Assembly (NCBI GenBank): GCA_964187785.1
Contig: OZ076413.1
Coordinates: forward strand, 50,408,001 to 50,472,000
Source of the DNA: Amphiscolops sp. MND2022
Lineage: Eukaryota
DNA length: 64,000 nt
Reading direction: 5' to 3'
In this document: positions 52,690 to 64,000 of the stretch, piece after piece
Position numbering within the stretch: the first letter of the stretch is position 1
Layout of the letters: every line of letters starts with the position of its first letter
Program-made: the position numbers and the translations under genes
Notes under the pieces: generated by a model
Databases searched by the model: none
The model's input: the letters and a program-made list of their open reading frames with translations, nothing else
What the model was told of the DNA's origin: nothing

Positions 52690-55600
52690 TTCAAATTCTG
52701 AAATAGTAAGTTACTGAATAGTTTCAAGTTCGGGTAACACATGAATTAGACGAGAACAATAACTCAAAACGAAAATCATTGTTTTACGGTATCTCGTGAG
52801 TGCGGCAATTGCAGATAGATCTTCACCCAGTGTTTTTCCAGTGCATTGGTCCGAGAACAAACGTCTTTTGTCGTTGACACGTTTTGCAACAAGTTTGGAT
52901 CCGGGCTGAAAATTGTATGGCTCCGGGTGAATCAGTAATTTTTTCTCGCCAACTTCAGTTACAAATCGATCTTCAAAAATTTGAAACCTCCAGCCGCAAA
53001 TCATTTCGCTATTTTGGAATATTGTGGTGGTTCAATTCCACCCTCCCGTGTTGCTGATGACCCACCTTTCCTTGGTTACTCCATATCGTTTGTTTCCTCT
53101 GTGGAACCGGTTACTAAGATGAATTCTTTTTCGTCTTTGACGAGAACAAAACAATTGGGGAGTTGTGAATGGGTGCCCATCAACACCTCAGCTTGTTCAT
53201 TTCTAGAACAGTTCCTCCCATCTGATAATTAATTGTTTCATCATGTCATGTGTTAAAGTATGTTTTTTCCAAGTGCCCAAGCGACCAAGCAGGCCAAATC
53301 TTAATCCACTTCAAGGATTTTCTTCACATCCAATGGCGATCGTTGTTATTGGTGGTTCTTTGCGACAAATACCAAGGTGCTAAGGTCCCGGGACGTCAAT
53401 GCCCATCACTTTTGTTGCACTATGGAGTATTTTTATTACGCTATTTGAGGTACTTTTTGAAACTGTCTGATAGTTCTTTTTGTTCCCGGTCCCATTATAG
53501 TCATCGGAGTAGACTTCTGTTGTTGCGTTATGTTCAGGCTCCATGGTATTCTTGGAAGTTGACTCCGCGTCCAACCCTTTGTCTTCAACTTCAACTGCGA
53601 ATCTTAAGAAATGCAAGAACGAAAAGGACGACTCGAGGAATAGTGGATCCTTGTGATAGATTTTGCCTCCGCTGCTCAATGTTTTTCTCTTGAAGCCACG
53701 ATTACCTTGGTGGTTGGAGTTTCCAAGGCCTTACCACAAACGATCGAATGGTCTTTGTATATATCCACTCTCAACAAATTGAGGAAACATCGACATTTTC
53801 ACTTTATAAGGTGTCAAACCTGCATGTTCGAACATCTTGATAATGATTTGGTATTAGGCTTCTGTCCAATTTTTGAACGTTTCACTGTTGAATTCTTCTG
53901 CTCGCACTCATAAAACACATTGGTTTAAACTCAATCGCAGGAGTTCGCAAGCATCAAAAGCAGATATGAATTTGTCAATGGACCCTTTTGGCTTGGGGTT
54001 ATCTTTATTGAAAAGTTTAGGCAACCAGTTTCTTAGGATAATAACGCCAGGGACATATGCGCTTTCTTCACTGCCAACAATGATATCTTCGGTATCCCAA
54101 ACACCATCGTACAGATAGCTAATTTTACCGTCTTTTGCAACTGCGAGCTCCTCTTTATCAGCAAAGACCTCTTGAGCACTACTACCTGCAAGGGATACTG
54201 CACCTACAGTACCGATACACGAACCACTTCTATGAGATAAGTTGAACTGGAACTTATGGTCTCTTTGCATCTCTTCTTGTCAGGTTTCCTTCAAGCTGAC
54301 GAATTGCTACATCATGATTAGGATACTTTTTTCTAACAATTTTTGTGCAATTCTTTGAAGGTCATTTTCAACAAAACGGGTGGTCATATGCGTGGCATCA
54401 GGACAATCTGATTGTATACTTTTGTAAAAGACCAAGGACGACTTTGGTAGATCTGTTCTGAAGGGTATAAAAACATCAGATCGTAGACCAGTTTCATGAT
54501 GACATTTTGTTGGTTTAAAACCAATTTCTGTTATATAGAGTGGCATTTTGGTTGGGCTAGCTGATTGATTTGTGATTCCAAGCACCAATCTCGTTAAAAA
54601 CGGCGATTCGCTGCTGTTTGTCAAAAAAAACTCCTCGTTTTGATAGTTCCAGGGTCGTCATAAAAAGCCAACGAGGCTCTTGAATTCCAGCTATAGTTGA
54701 TCCAAGGTTTCGCTCCGTTGCGATTTTACTATCTTTACCCATGTATGCAGCAAAACAGAACACTGCGTTAGATGATTGACACTTTATTTTGTCAGTGAGG
54801 ATTCGTAATGCAATTCGTGTTGTTTCGACACCTCCGATTTTACAGCCATCGCCCCAAATATCAACTCGTAGGCCAGTGAGTTCTTTCGTTCCGAAAAAGA
54901 AGTATGGCACCCTTTCCACGCAGTTTATGAGGTTGCAGTGAAAACCAGAGAAGGTTTTTTCTAACTCAGACATTGCTGGAAAGTAGGACTGAATTTCTGA
55001 TGTTGAGTTCTGGACCAATCGAATGCATGGTACTAAATTGTAGCCGAGTTCAACAATTGACAATCTTGTTCGAATATCCTTTATAACATCTTCCGTGTTA
55101 CCCGTTTTCGGGACAAGAGATAAATCATGCCTGAACTCATCAGTAGATCTTCTTTTGTCGAAAAGATCTTCTACAACGTTTTAAACAAGATTTAGTTCGT
55201 CTTTTTTGCGAATCATTGATCTTTTCACTTATTTGCAGAGCTTTCGATTTTTTTCATGAAATTGTTGAACCCAACTTCTGACATCAGATTTGTTTTAATT
55301 GGATTGCTTTGTTCATTTTTAATTTTGTTTGGCGTCTGACATTTCTAGCTCCCTTTCTTTTGAGAAACAATTGTCACTGACTTGACCTTCAGGGGCCGCA
55401 TCTTCAGGAGTCACATCTGCAGGTGTCGCAAGGGTGTCTTTCATGTGAGGATTGTAATATGGTATGACATCATTATTGAAAAACAATCTGACAAACTCTT
55501 TTCTTGCTGTATTGCAAGGGAAGTCCTAGAGTCAATGCAGTACACGTAGTATTGCCAATTTTGCTGCACCCATTACAGGGGGTTTCTGGCCTTTAACTGC

Positions 55601-56020
55601 ACTTTTCCCAATGAATTCTTTTGAATTCAATTTTGTTTCAGTCAACACTTTCCCAACAAGTGTCTCAAACTTCCGAAACTTCTTCGGTATTTCTTTTCCG
55701 GATACAACGTCAAAATGTCGACAGTTAGTGAAAAGATTTCCATTTTCCACTTCGATAATATTACTTCCCAAATTGACAGTGGAGTCTTTTCTAAAGCTGG
55801 TTTTTAGGTTTAATGCAAAGTGAAAGTATATTCAATGTATAAAATCCGATTTTGAGTCCCTGCATGAGACTGATGAACAACGGTTCAAATAATTTAACAA
55901 TTTGAGTCCATATCACCCAAGGACATTTTGTCAATAATCACCAACAGGTGCAAAAGAGTCCGTTATCAACTGTTCTCAATCGTCATTAAAAATTTTTGCC
56001 TCTCAAGACTGTTTGTTTCA
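52690..56020 (-). pseudogene. RAG1/Transib-like DDE transposase with a C-terminal BRCT-like domain, decayed
   Basis: Ordered motifs: VDIWGDG (D at 54848-50); QSSNAVFCFAAYMGKDS; SSESPFLTRLVLGI; CPDATHMTTRFVENDL (~54400); SLAGSSAQEVF; LTPYKVKM (~53810); *GLGNSNH (~53713-53733). Tail GLRFGLLGRLG..THDMMKQLII/MGGTVL (~53310-53200). Confidence 0.68.
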
Positions 56021-56139
56021 TCTTTATAAAGTGTTATCTGATTGAAAATACTCGAAAAGTAATAAAAAAAAAGAAAAACAAAAATTGTTCGAAAATTTTT
56101 TGAAAACCATGACTATACGCCTTTGAACGAAAATGAGCA

Positions 56140-56855
56140 ACAAATTAGGACTTGTGTTTCGTTTCCATGCCATTTGTTCGAAGATGTGATCTTGTTTTCC
56201 GCCTTGCATTCTTTGAGTAAGTCAATTTGTTCTCAAAAACCGTGGAAACTAGGACATTTTTGGTAACGAACAATCATGTGTATACCCCTATGTGTGAAAG
56301 TTCGCAATGTATTAAGATTTGTGTTTCGTTTCCTCGTCGTGTGTTTGAGGATATGTTCTTGTTTTTGGCATTGCTTTCCTTGAGGAAGTCACATTTTACC
56401 TAAATATCGTGGAAACCAAGAAACTTATGGTAACGCGCAATACGGTGTATAAATACATACCCCTTTGAGTGAAAATCCGCAAAGTAGTAGCATTTGTGTT
56501 TGGTTTCCATGCCATATGTTTAAAGATATGGTCCGGTTTTTCGCATTGGACTCTTTGAGCAAGTCAAAAGATACTGAAAATCCGTGGAAACCGAGACAGC
56601 TAATAATGTTGCGTACAATATTGGGTATAAATAAAAAAAAGCCATTCGAATGGAATTGAGCAATGCACTACAATTTGTGTTTGGTTTCCATTCCAGGTTT
56701 TTAAGATATGTCCTTATTTTCCACATTGCTTTTTGGAGCAGTTCAATTATGCTGAAAAATTTTGGAAAACACGACAGGTTAAATTTCTCGGAAATAGCTG
56801 AGATCGTATCATTTTTGGTACCAATCAGGATACTATACGTGACAAGTGCCTTGTT
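56140..56855 (+). repeat. ~160-180 bp repeat, cluster 3 (about four units, intergenic)
   Basis: Cores at ~56146, 56303, 56478 and 56659; tail module TTTTGGTACCAAT...GTGACAAGT at ~56813-56848. Confidence 0.9.
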
Positions 56856-56999
56856 TTTCATTTGCTTTCAGAATAAAGTAATTCGAGAGTCTAAGACTTT
56901 TCCCATCAAGAGTACAAGATCATGGAGCTCATTTTGTAATAATTACTAAAATTGATGAAAAATGAATTGTTGAACAATCAAAAAATGATCAAACAAGAA

Positions 57000-58420
57000 T
57001 ATGAAAGTTTTTAAAACGTTAAGAGAAGTTAAGGGAGTATTTCATGCATCTGAGACAGGTACATTTCGACTCAGATTTCTAAATGGGCTGTTTTTGAAAT
57101 GGCCTTGACTCGTCGAAAACTGGACACGAATCGTGAAAATGCCGAATTCTCGATGTTCAGTGAACTTCATTGTTTTTATAAAACATCTTCTCCATCGCTT
57201 GAGTGACATGTGATCATATCTCAATTTCTTCCAAGTACTGCATCCCATGTACCGTTGCACCATTTACGTCCCTCTTGGTTTGCAACACTATACTTGACAC
57301 CCTCTATGAAATTGCACGTTTCGAAGCCACAGATCTTTTTTGTCAGTGGGGTGCAGGGAACTAAGGTTGTGGTTAAGGAATGCTTCTTTCTTGAGAGTCC
57401 CAGCGTTCGTTTTATTGCCGCAAACAAGGAAAAAGCTTAGTCCATGGGTTCCAGAAGCAAAATAAAATCCATTACATCGCCTTTAGAAGGGTCCCGACAA
57501 CCCGAATTGTTGGGATGCGCACTTCAATGTAAGGGTCACTTCTGCTCTGCATGAAAGCACATGATCTTCTCTTCTGATGATCATAGTAAACCTTTTTGAT
57601 GTCAAAATCATCATTTGCGTGAGATGCAATAGATCCAACCTGAAAACAAAATGATTGAACAAAAATAGTTCGGAGAGATTCTTGGTAACAATCCAGGGTT
57701 ATCAAAACTCAAAAGCAAAATTTGGAAACAAAAAAGCAAGAAAAAATACCTTTATGATATCATTTTCACAGGCGCATGTGTTATTTCAACGTCATTGTCA
57801 ACATTGGGAAGCAAGGAAAAATGCCAACTTGTGGCATCGATTGGGTGGCGCTTGTCACAGGGGCTTGCTTTTTGGCGAATGGGTGATGTACATCTTGATT
57901 CTTGATCTTGTTCAGTTTCATCAATTTCTGGTTCAGTGTCTCTCACGCAAGGTTTGATTCTTAGTTGACGACAAGAAACATACACATCTTGTCCTCCACG
58001 TCGGTTATCAAACATTGTTGACAGAACGGGTCATTAATTTTTACCCAACCCATCACAACTGACCCACAGCAAGGGTCCTCTTGGCATCTTTCGCTATCTA
58101 CACAATTACACACTGGTTGCCAAAAGTAAATCTGATCGATTCTGACCAGTCGACGAGCGTAGTAGCTAAGTGGTGTTGATCGTCTTCTGTTGCTCACAGT
58201 TTCTTCGCGGACAAGATTGTGAGATTTTCTAAAGTTCCAGTGATTTTTGTCAGGTCTTTATACTCCGGGAACGGTGATATCGTCTTCTCTATTGTATGAC
58301 CAATCGACCCACTCAATTCTCCCACACCAATCGCTCTAGGACGAAATTATTTTCGCGGATTCCCACATTGATGTCGCAGGATTCAAGATTTGCACAACTT
58401 CATTTTCATACAATGTTTGG
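57000..58420 (-). pseudogene. Unknown spliced Cys-rich gene, decayed
   Basis: Consecutive minus-strand ORF pieces (57961-58197, 57752-58015, 57472-57705, 57221-57427). GT-AG intron at 57749-57640. Cys cluster CNC..C..CC..CQQC. Confidence 0.5.
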
Positions 58421-59899
58421 AGAAGCATTTCTAAAGCTCGAAACTATTAGAGCTTGTCTTGGTGCTTTTGTGGTTACTGTTGATGGGATGAGCATTAAAG
58501 AAGACGATAACGAAATTGGTTGCAACTCAAATGAATTACAGCTAATCGTCACCTAATTACCAAGCAGGTGCACTAAAAAGAACAATTGCAAATTGAAGAC
58601 ATCAGCGGCATTCCGAAATAACGCTTTTTACATGCCTCATTTAGGATTAAGATTTTAAGTTGCACAGCCGGATATGGCAGTACAATTTACCAATTATCAG
58701 ATATTATCGTATTTCGTATCAACAATTATTCGAAATCTTCAATCAATATCTTGAAATCGTCTCTGAAAATCAGACCGTCAAATTTGAAAATAGAACTTTC
58801 TGAAATGGAACAAAACAAAAAGTTGCTGCCTTTGTCGATGCCTCCAATTCCAACACCGTCTTCCGCGGACATGTCAACGCCTCTAACGTTAACCAAAATG
58901 CAAACTCCTTCTGGTTTGTTTACTCTCCTGGTATCGTCCGTGTTGTTTAGCCAAACACCCGGCAGGCCACTCAACAGCACTCCGTTCCGCATCCAAGAGC
59001 CACGCGAATTCAGCTTCAATGATGATGGAGTAATAACCGAACATCTCCCGACTGAAGCTGAAGATGTCATAAACGCGAATCAACAGCTGAAGTAATAGTT
59101 CCTCCAAAACCGTCGAATGGACATGCAAAATCGGATAATGTAGCAAGCAAACGTCCAATGCCCCCACCAGTTGATATGGTAGGTATACTGAACTAAACTT
59201 CTGAATAAAGACTAATTCAAAATTGCATTCCAATTGAGGGTCACGTTTTCTGGAAACCAATTTACGTTTTAATTCCTAGAGGTTATGTTATCAGATTTAA
59301 AAATATTTAGGATACATTTTGAAAACTCTTCATTTCTTAGACTCTTCCCGCCAAGAAGAAGAAGCCTGGTTATAAGACGAAGACAGTGGAGTCCTTCATT
59401 AAATGGACAATAACTAGAATAGAACACGTTGTAGTAAGAGCATTCTGGCTACGAAAAAAAGTCCAAATAGAGTTCTTTCGAAGTCTACTGGCCTCCGTTC
59501 TGATTTTTTTTGGGTTTTCTGGATCGGGAAGTCAGCAATGTGACTGTCCACGCCGTGGCGCAGGCAGCAGTTCAGATGAAAGAATCCGTCGACAAAAATG
59601 CCTCTTTCAGGCTTGAGATAGATGTAGCGGAGAGATGCGACCGAAAAACGTGCTACAATATCCCACGATGGTTAGTGGAAGGCTTGTGGACTACTTTGTG
59701 AGTGTTCGAAGCGAGTTTCTGGACCACAGTGAGTGATCTCCTTTCGACATACTGCTGAGTGACACAGACGATTGGATCCTGCACACCGAATTATTTTTTG
59801 TGAACTCAGGTGGGAAATCCCATTTCCGGCCCAGCCACGTTGTTGACCAATTTATGAAGTCGGTATGTAAAAAAACTCCTAACCACACCACTTTGTATA

Positions 59900-60270
59900 A
59901 AACAAGCAATGAATTAGGATTTGCATTTGGTTTTTACGCCATGTGTTCAAACATATGATCTTTTTTTCCGCAAAGGTTTCCTAAAACGAGTCGATTTGTG
60001 CTCAAAAACCGTGCAAACTACGACATTTATGGTAACGCACCATCTTGTGTATTCCCTCCTTTGAGTAAACGTTCGCAATGTATTAAGATTTGTGTTTGGT
60101 TCCACGCCAAGTGTTTAAAGATATGATCTTGTTTTCCGCGTTGCATTCTTTGAGCAAGTATATTGCTACTGAAAAGCCGTGGAAACCGGGACAGTATATA
60201 ATGTCGAGCTAGCTTTTGGTAACAATCGTGGGTCGATCTATCTGTGACACGTACACTGTTGATATCATTG
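59900..60270 (+). repeat. ~160-180 bp repeat, cluster 4 (inside YR-SET intron)
   Basis: Cores at ~59906 and ~60074; tail module TTTTGGTAACAAT...GTGACACGT. Confidence 0.9.
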
Positions 60271-60599
60271 ATTCAGAATACATATAGACACTATTGTAAT
60301 ACTCTTTCAATCATAAAACTACAATTTGCCCATAGAATGAAAACTTTAAGCAAAACAAAACTAAATTTAATGTTTGTACAATTTTAAACAGGTACTGAAA
60401 CACTGTGGTTACCCGCTGTGGGAATCTTCTGTGGACGCATAGTGACGGCAACCAAGACCTGAGAAATGTTTATCTACTTGTGCTGCAAATGTTCATTACC
60501 CTAAAAGTAGAAACGAACATAGCAACTCAGATGATTTATTACAAAGGATTGGCAAGCAATATGGAGTTTGAAGATCAAACTTTGGTTATGGAGAGATGT

Positions 60600-61005
60600 C
60601 GATCTCAAAAATGGCCCGAAGTTACGCAGGTGTTTTTAGCAAGTTTGGAGGAGGAGTCGTTGCCACCCGAGTTTTCCAGAAAAATGAAGTCGTCATTGAT
60701 TTCCAAGGGCAGGTTTTCACCAAAACATCAATGGACGAAGTACCCGCCATTGAAGATGTTAACGGGAGTTTTGTCTTGAAGTCAAAGAACCTGGCCGGAG
60801 GATAATCAATGCCTCTGCGGAAACGTGTCCTGTCCACCCTGATAGTAGATGTAATGGTCGCCTTGCCAATCACTCAGTGGTGGGAGCCAATATGAAGTCC
60901 ACTGATGTCATTGTGTTTGCCGACAACAATTAACGTTTTGTTGTCCTCCGACCAAACAGAACAATTCATCCCTTCGAGCAGTTGATGTTCGAATATGAAG
61001 ATCCG
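60600..61005 (+). pseudogene. SET (lysine methyltransferase) domain, SETD8/PR-Set7-like by eye
   Basis: GGGVVATRVFQKNEVVIDFQG; GRLANHS (60856-60876); TIHPFEQLMFEYED (60961-61002). Frameshift near 60790 and in-frame TAA at 60931. Confidence 0.88.
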
Positions 61006-62772
61006 GTAACCCGCTCTGAGTTCAGTGAGTCCCAGTCAGGCACCAGCAGCCGCTTCAGCGGTAGTGAAGAACCAAGGAAAAAAACAGTGATAAACTTGCA
61101 GAAGACTCAGACGAAAAAAAATTGACGATGAAAGGGAATCACAAACTTTTAGACCTTTGTGGCATTGGTTTTAGTGTACCTGATTGTTTAAGATGTTGTT
61201 ACTTAGTGTTAACTGGAGCAAATTTGAGAATAAAATGCTGAAGAAAGCTTGAACCTATTTTTACACCATTTCGAAGCAGTTTGTGTAACACTTGCACCGC
61301 TATGCAATAATTAGGTTTGATTTGAAGAATTCAATTACTTTGTAGGCACAAATCAAAATTTGAATGGATCAAAGTTTCCAATAAAAATTACATCAAAAAT
61401 TCCTTCGGAAGCCTTTGATAATTAGAGTTAAACAACGGACTTCAAAATTTTACAAAACGTCACAAGTTCAATTGTAAGTTTAAAAAATAGGTTGCTCGAA
61501 TATTTTTATTCAAACAGTTTCAAGTATAGAAAAATTTGGTTCCAACAGTGGGTCGAGTTGTGATGCTTCAATTCATTACTAACGATGAAATGAATGCAAT
61601 CTGATAATACCAGGTCACATATAAATTCAGAAAAAAATAAATTGGTGAAATTCTGATGAAATTAAAAATGGTTTCACTTTTAAACAAAGTACTTATTGAA
61701 AAGTCGATTCTTGTCATATAAAACCTTACTTCCGAGAGGGTATGTTTTACCAAGGTTCAACTGTATTCTGTAGACTTTCGACTGTAAGTATTAGACTATA
61801 GTGAAATACAATAGTGCAATACTACATTTCTACCAACTTTAATGAAATTGAAAAAAATGAAAATTTTACTGAAATAATTTGTGTGGAATTGGAGATATTT
61901 CGGTTCAAATCGTGAGTCAAATCGTGACTAACAGAAAGTTGTTCCCGAACATCATCTTTTCTAGCAATTTCCTTTTAAGAGATAAAATGCGGAATCATCA
62001 TACACGTGTTGCGGAATGTAGGTGTACCAATTACTCTACTGAATAAAATTCTGGAATCTGAGACACAATATTCACTATTTGCTCTCTACATAATTGGCGC
62101 TTAAGGCCAGGCATAAGTAGCAATTAATTGACCTCATTAACTTGCCAAGACACAAAATGGCGGAAGTAAGAATTCAGCTTCAAAAGAAGCTAAGGCAGCC
62201 GACTTCAAAGAGGAATGAATTCAGTGCACGCGTCTCGGTCTCCGAAATTTCGTGTCCTGATTTCTGCAAAACGCTCAGAAAAGGCTTGCAGATGCACTGT
62301 AATGTGTGCTGTGGAGTACGTTTTCATGGTATGCTTCTCTCCCATATGTTCCAAGAACAATTTCTCTATCAAACTAGGAGTTTCGCGTTGTCATAGTTAC
62401 TTGTCCGCCATAAATTTAGAGGCGCGATTCTCTATTTTACGAGTATTATATTGAAAAGCAATTTCCGAAAGATGGTAGTTTTTGTATTCGGAGTTGCTAA
62501 CCGTTTCGACGTCCTCTCCAAATGGGCCCGGAGGATCCTTTCTCGAAGTTTTTTATTTAGTCTCCTAAAAGTCTTGGTATTATAAACAACTTCGTGCAAA
62601 CACGTGATCCAAGCAATTGGAGAAAAGTTGATGAGAGACCCTACTCCCGCGTCAGAAAAATATACATTCAAAACGAGGCGCGCAGGAAAAATTCTTTACC
62701 TGTATTTCACAGCTGCAACAGCTTGGCTTCCGTCCAAAACGGGAAAAGCCTAGTGAGAAAAACGTCACCGAG

Positions 62773-63795
62773 TGTTACGACTATTAACCGGTGTTGTTTT
62801 AGAACTAGTCGCAGTTTGTGTCTTGACTGGGGTGGACGTTCTCGTTACGGAGATGTTTTCTTGGTCAGAATCAGAATCTTGTACGTTCGAACTAACTGAG
62901 CGTTTCTTGTTCGCAGGTGCTATTAATTTAAGCATTTCCTTTTGATTTTCGGCTAATATCTTTGTTAGATCAGTCATTATCTCTTTTCTCAGAGTTGTTT
63001 TTATTTCCTCCAGGTTTTCAAGCTCAAGTCTAGGGTTTTTACTAGAACTAGGTATCAGGTTTTCAGTAGAGTTATTTTCAGTTATTTTCGAAATCCCCTG
63101 ACACAAATTCAGCTACTGCTTTCCTCTTCTGGCTTCTAGTAGTCATTTTTTAATGTTAGAAAATGATTCTTCGGCAATAGATGAATTCTTCGAAGATGAT
63201 TTTGTTCAACGTTGAAACAACGAAACAGTTTAAGTTTATTACAACTTGCAAACACAACTAACTAACTTTACATGCCTCGTCTAAGTATATATACCTTCTT
63301 AGCGTCATTTGTTCCTCATCTAAAAATTCCTAGGAATCTCAAAAATCGGGTTTGTTCAACAAAAAGCGCTAATGATTCATATCATTTCAGTCCCGCGTCG
63401 TAAAATCAGGCATCAAAATTCCTAGTTGCGTCAGTGTTCCGTAAAATTTGTTGAAATCATTTTTGTTCAGGCAATCCCATTTCCTGTTTAAGTCTCAAAA
63501 TTGCGGTAAAATAAAAGTCTATCTTGCATTTTCATCAGCGTAAGCACGCCGGCATGAACAATTAGTCAACTTTCAATTTGGGAGATTGAGATTCGAAGCA
63601 AAAGAATGACTCGCAAAAATTGTAACGAAATTGAAACGAGGCAAAAGGAATTTTGGACTAAGGATATTTGAATATTATTGAGGAACAAGCAACGCTAAGG
63701 AAAACATAATGATGATTAATCGGTTAATTTTGTAAACTGAACAACAGCACCAACAGAAAATCCAACTTTGACCTATACGTGGCCATAACGTAACA
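62773..63795 (-). mobile_element. Possible solo-LTR-like repeat carrying a short ORF (MTTRSQKRKAV...KTTPVNSRN)
   Basis: TGTTACG at 62773 and CGTAACA ending at 63795 form a 7-bp inverted pair. No TSD seen. An alternative end, TGCAACA, lies at 63908. Confidence 0.4.
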
Positions 63796-64000
63796 AGTAC
63801 GAATTGCAAAGTACAAATAGATAGGAAAAAATTGCATTTGCAGGCAATAATTATTCTGCACTCGATTGGGCTTCGTATATGAATAAATAGGGCAGGCATC
63901 CTGCAACAATAGCACTTGGTTTGGGTTTCGACGTTGACCTTACGTTACGTTCTGTGAAACATTTTTAATGATAAACAACTAACCACTGAATACATAAACT

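Larger units (their letters stand above)
58804..61130 (+). pseudogene. Spliced gene: tyrosine-recombinase-like region followed by a SET domain, decayed
   Basis: After the acceptor at 59340: LASVLIFF/GFLDREVSNVTV (GxRxxE-like), IPRWLVEGLW/YFVSVR..ELFFVNSGGK, intron 59863-60391, NLLWTH..STCAANVHY. Then the SET motifs. Confidence 0.55.

Noticed and set aside
49985..60270. Repeat clusters as a CRISPR array
   Set aside because: Units are ~170 bp, degenerate along their whole length, with no unique spacers. The context is eukaryotic and no cas genes are present.
47242..61803. CACTATA ... TATAGTG as Transib-like TIRs of the four-gene block
   Set aside because: Only 7 bp match, with no extension and no TSD; expected by chance.
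1..64000. Naming the source species
   Set aside because: An invertebrate animal is plausible, but nothing in the window fixes the taxon without a search.

Overview
Repeat-rich eukaryotic, most likely animal, genomic DNA: GT-AG introns, a class-A-like GPCR, and Gypsy and BEL/Pao retroelements. No rRNA, tRNA or CRISPR was recognised. 1-20 kb: decayed Gypsy pol plus a spliced zinc-finger (hAT-like) element, copied together in nested segmental duplications (offsets 10,889 and 4,870 bp). 20-29 kb: a BEL/Pao element with a partial internal duplication. 29-43 kb: old repeats, MITE-like pieces and hairpins. 43.3-45.0 kb: an open 7TM receptor ORF with an extra transmembrane helix and a truncated C-type-lectin-like tail. 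46.0-47.2 kb: a non-autonomous TIR element with a 2-bp TSD. 48.9-61.2 kb is the most unusual part: four decayed genes (three with visible introns), namely ZnF-JmjC (+), RAG1/Transib-like DDE transposase with a BRCT-like tail (-), an unknown Cys-rich gene (-), and tyrosine-recombinase-like fused to SET (+). They are interleaved with four same-orientation clusters of one ~160-180 bp repeat, which suggests a single large mobile element carrying a histone-methylation writer and eraser. All domain calls are by-eye motif recognition, often across frameshifts. No database searches were run and the ends of that putative element were not found.
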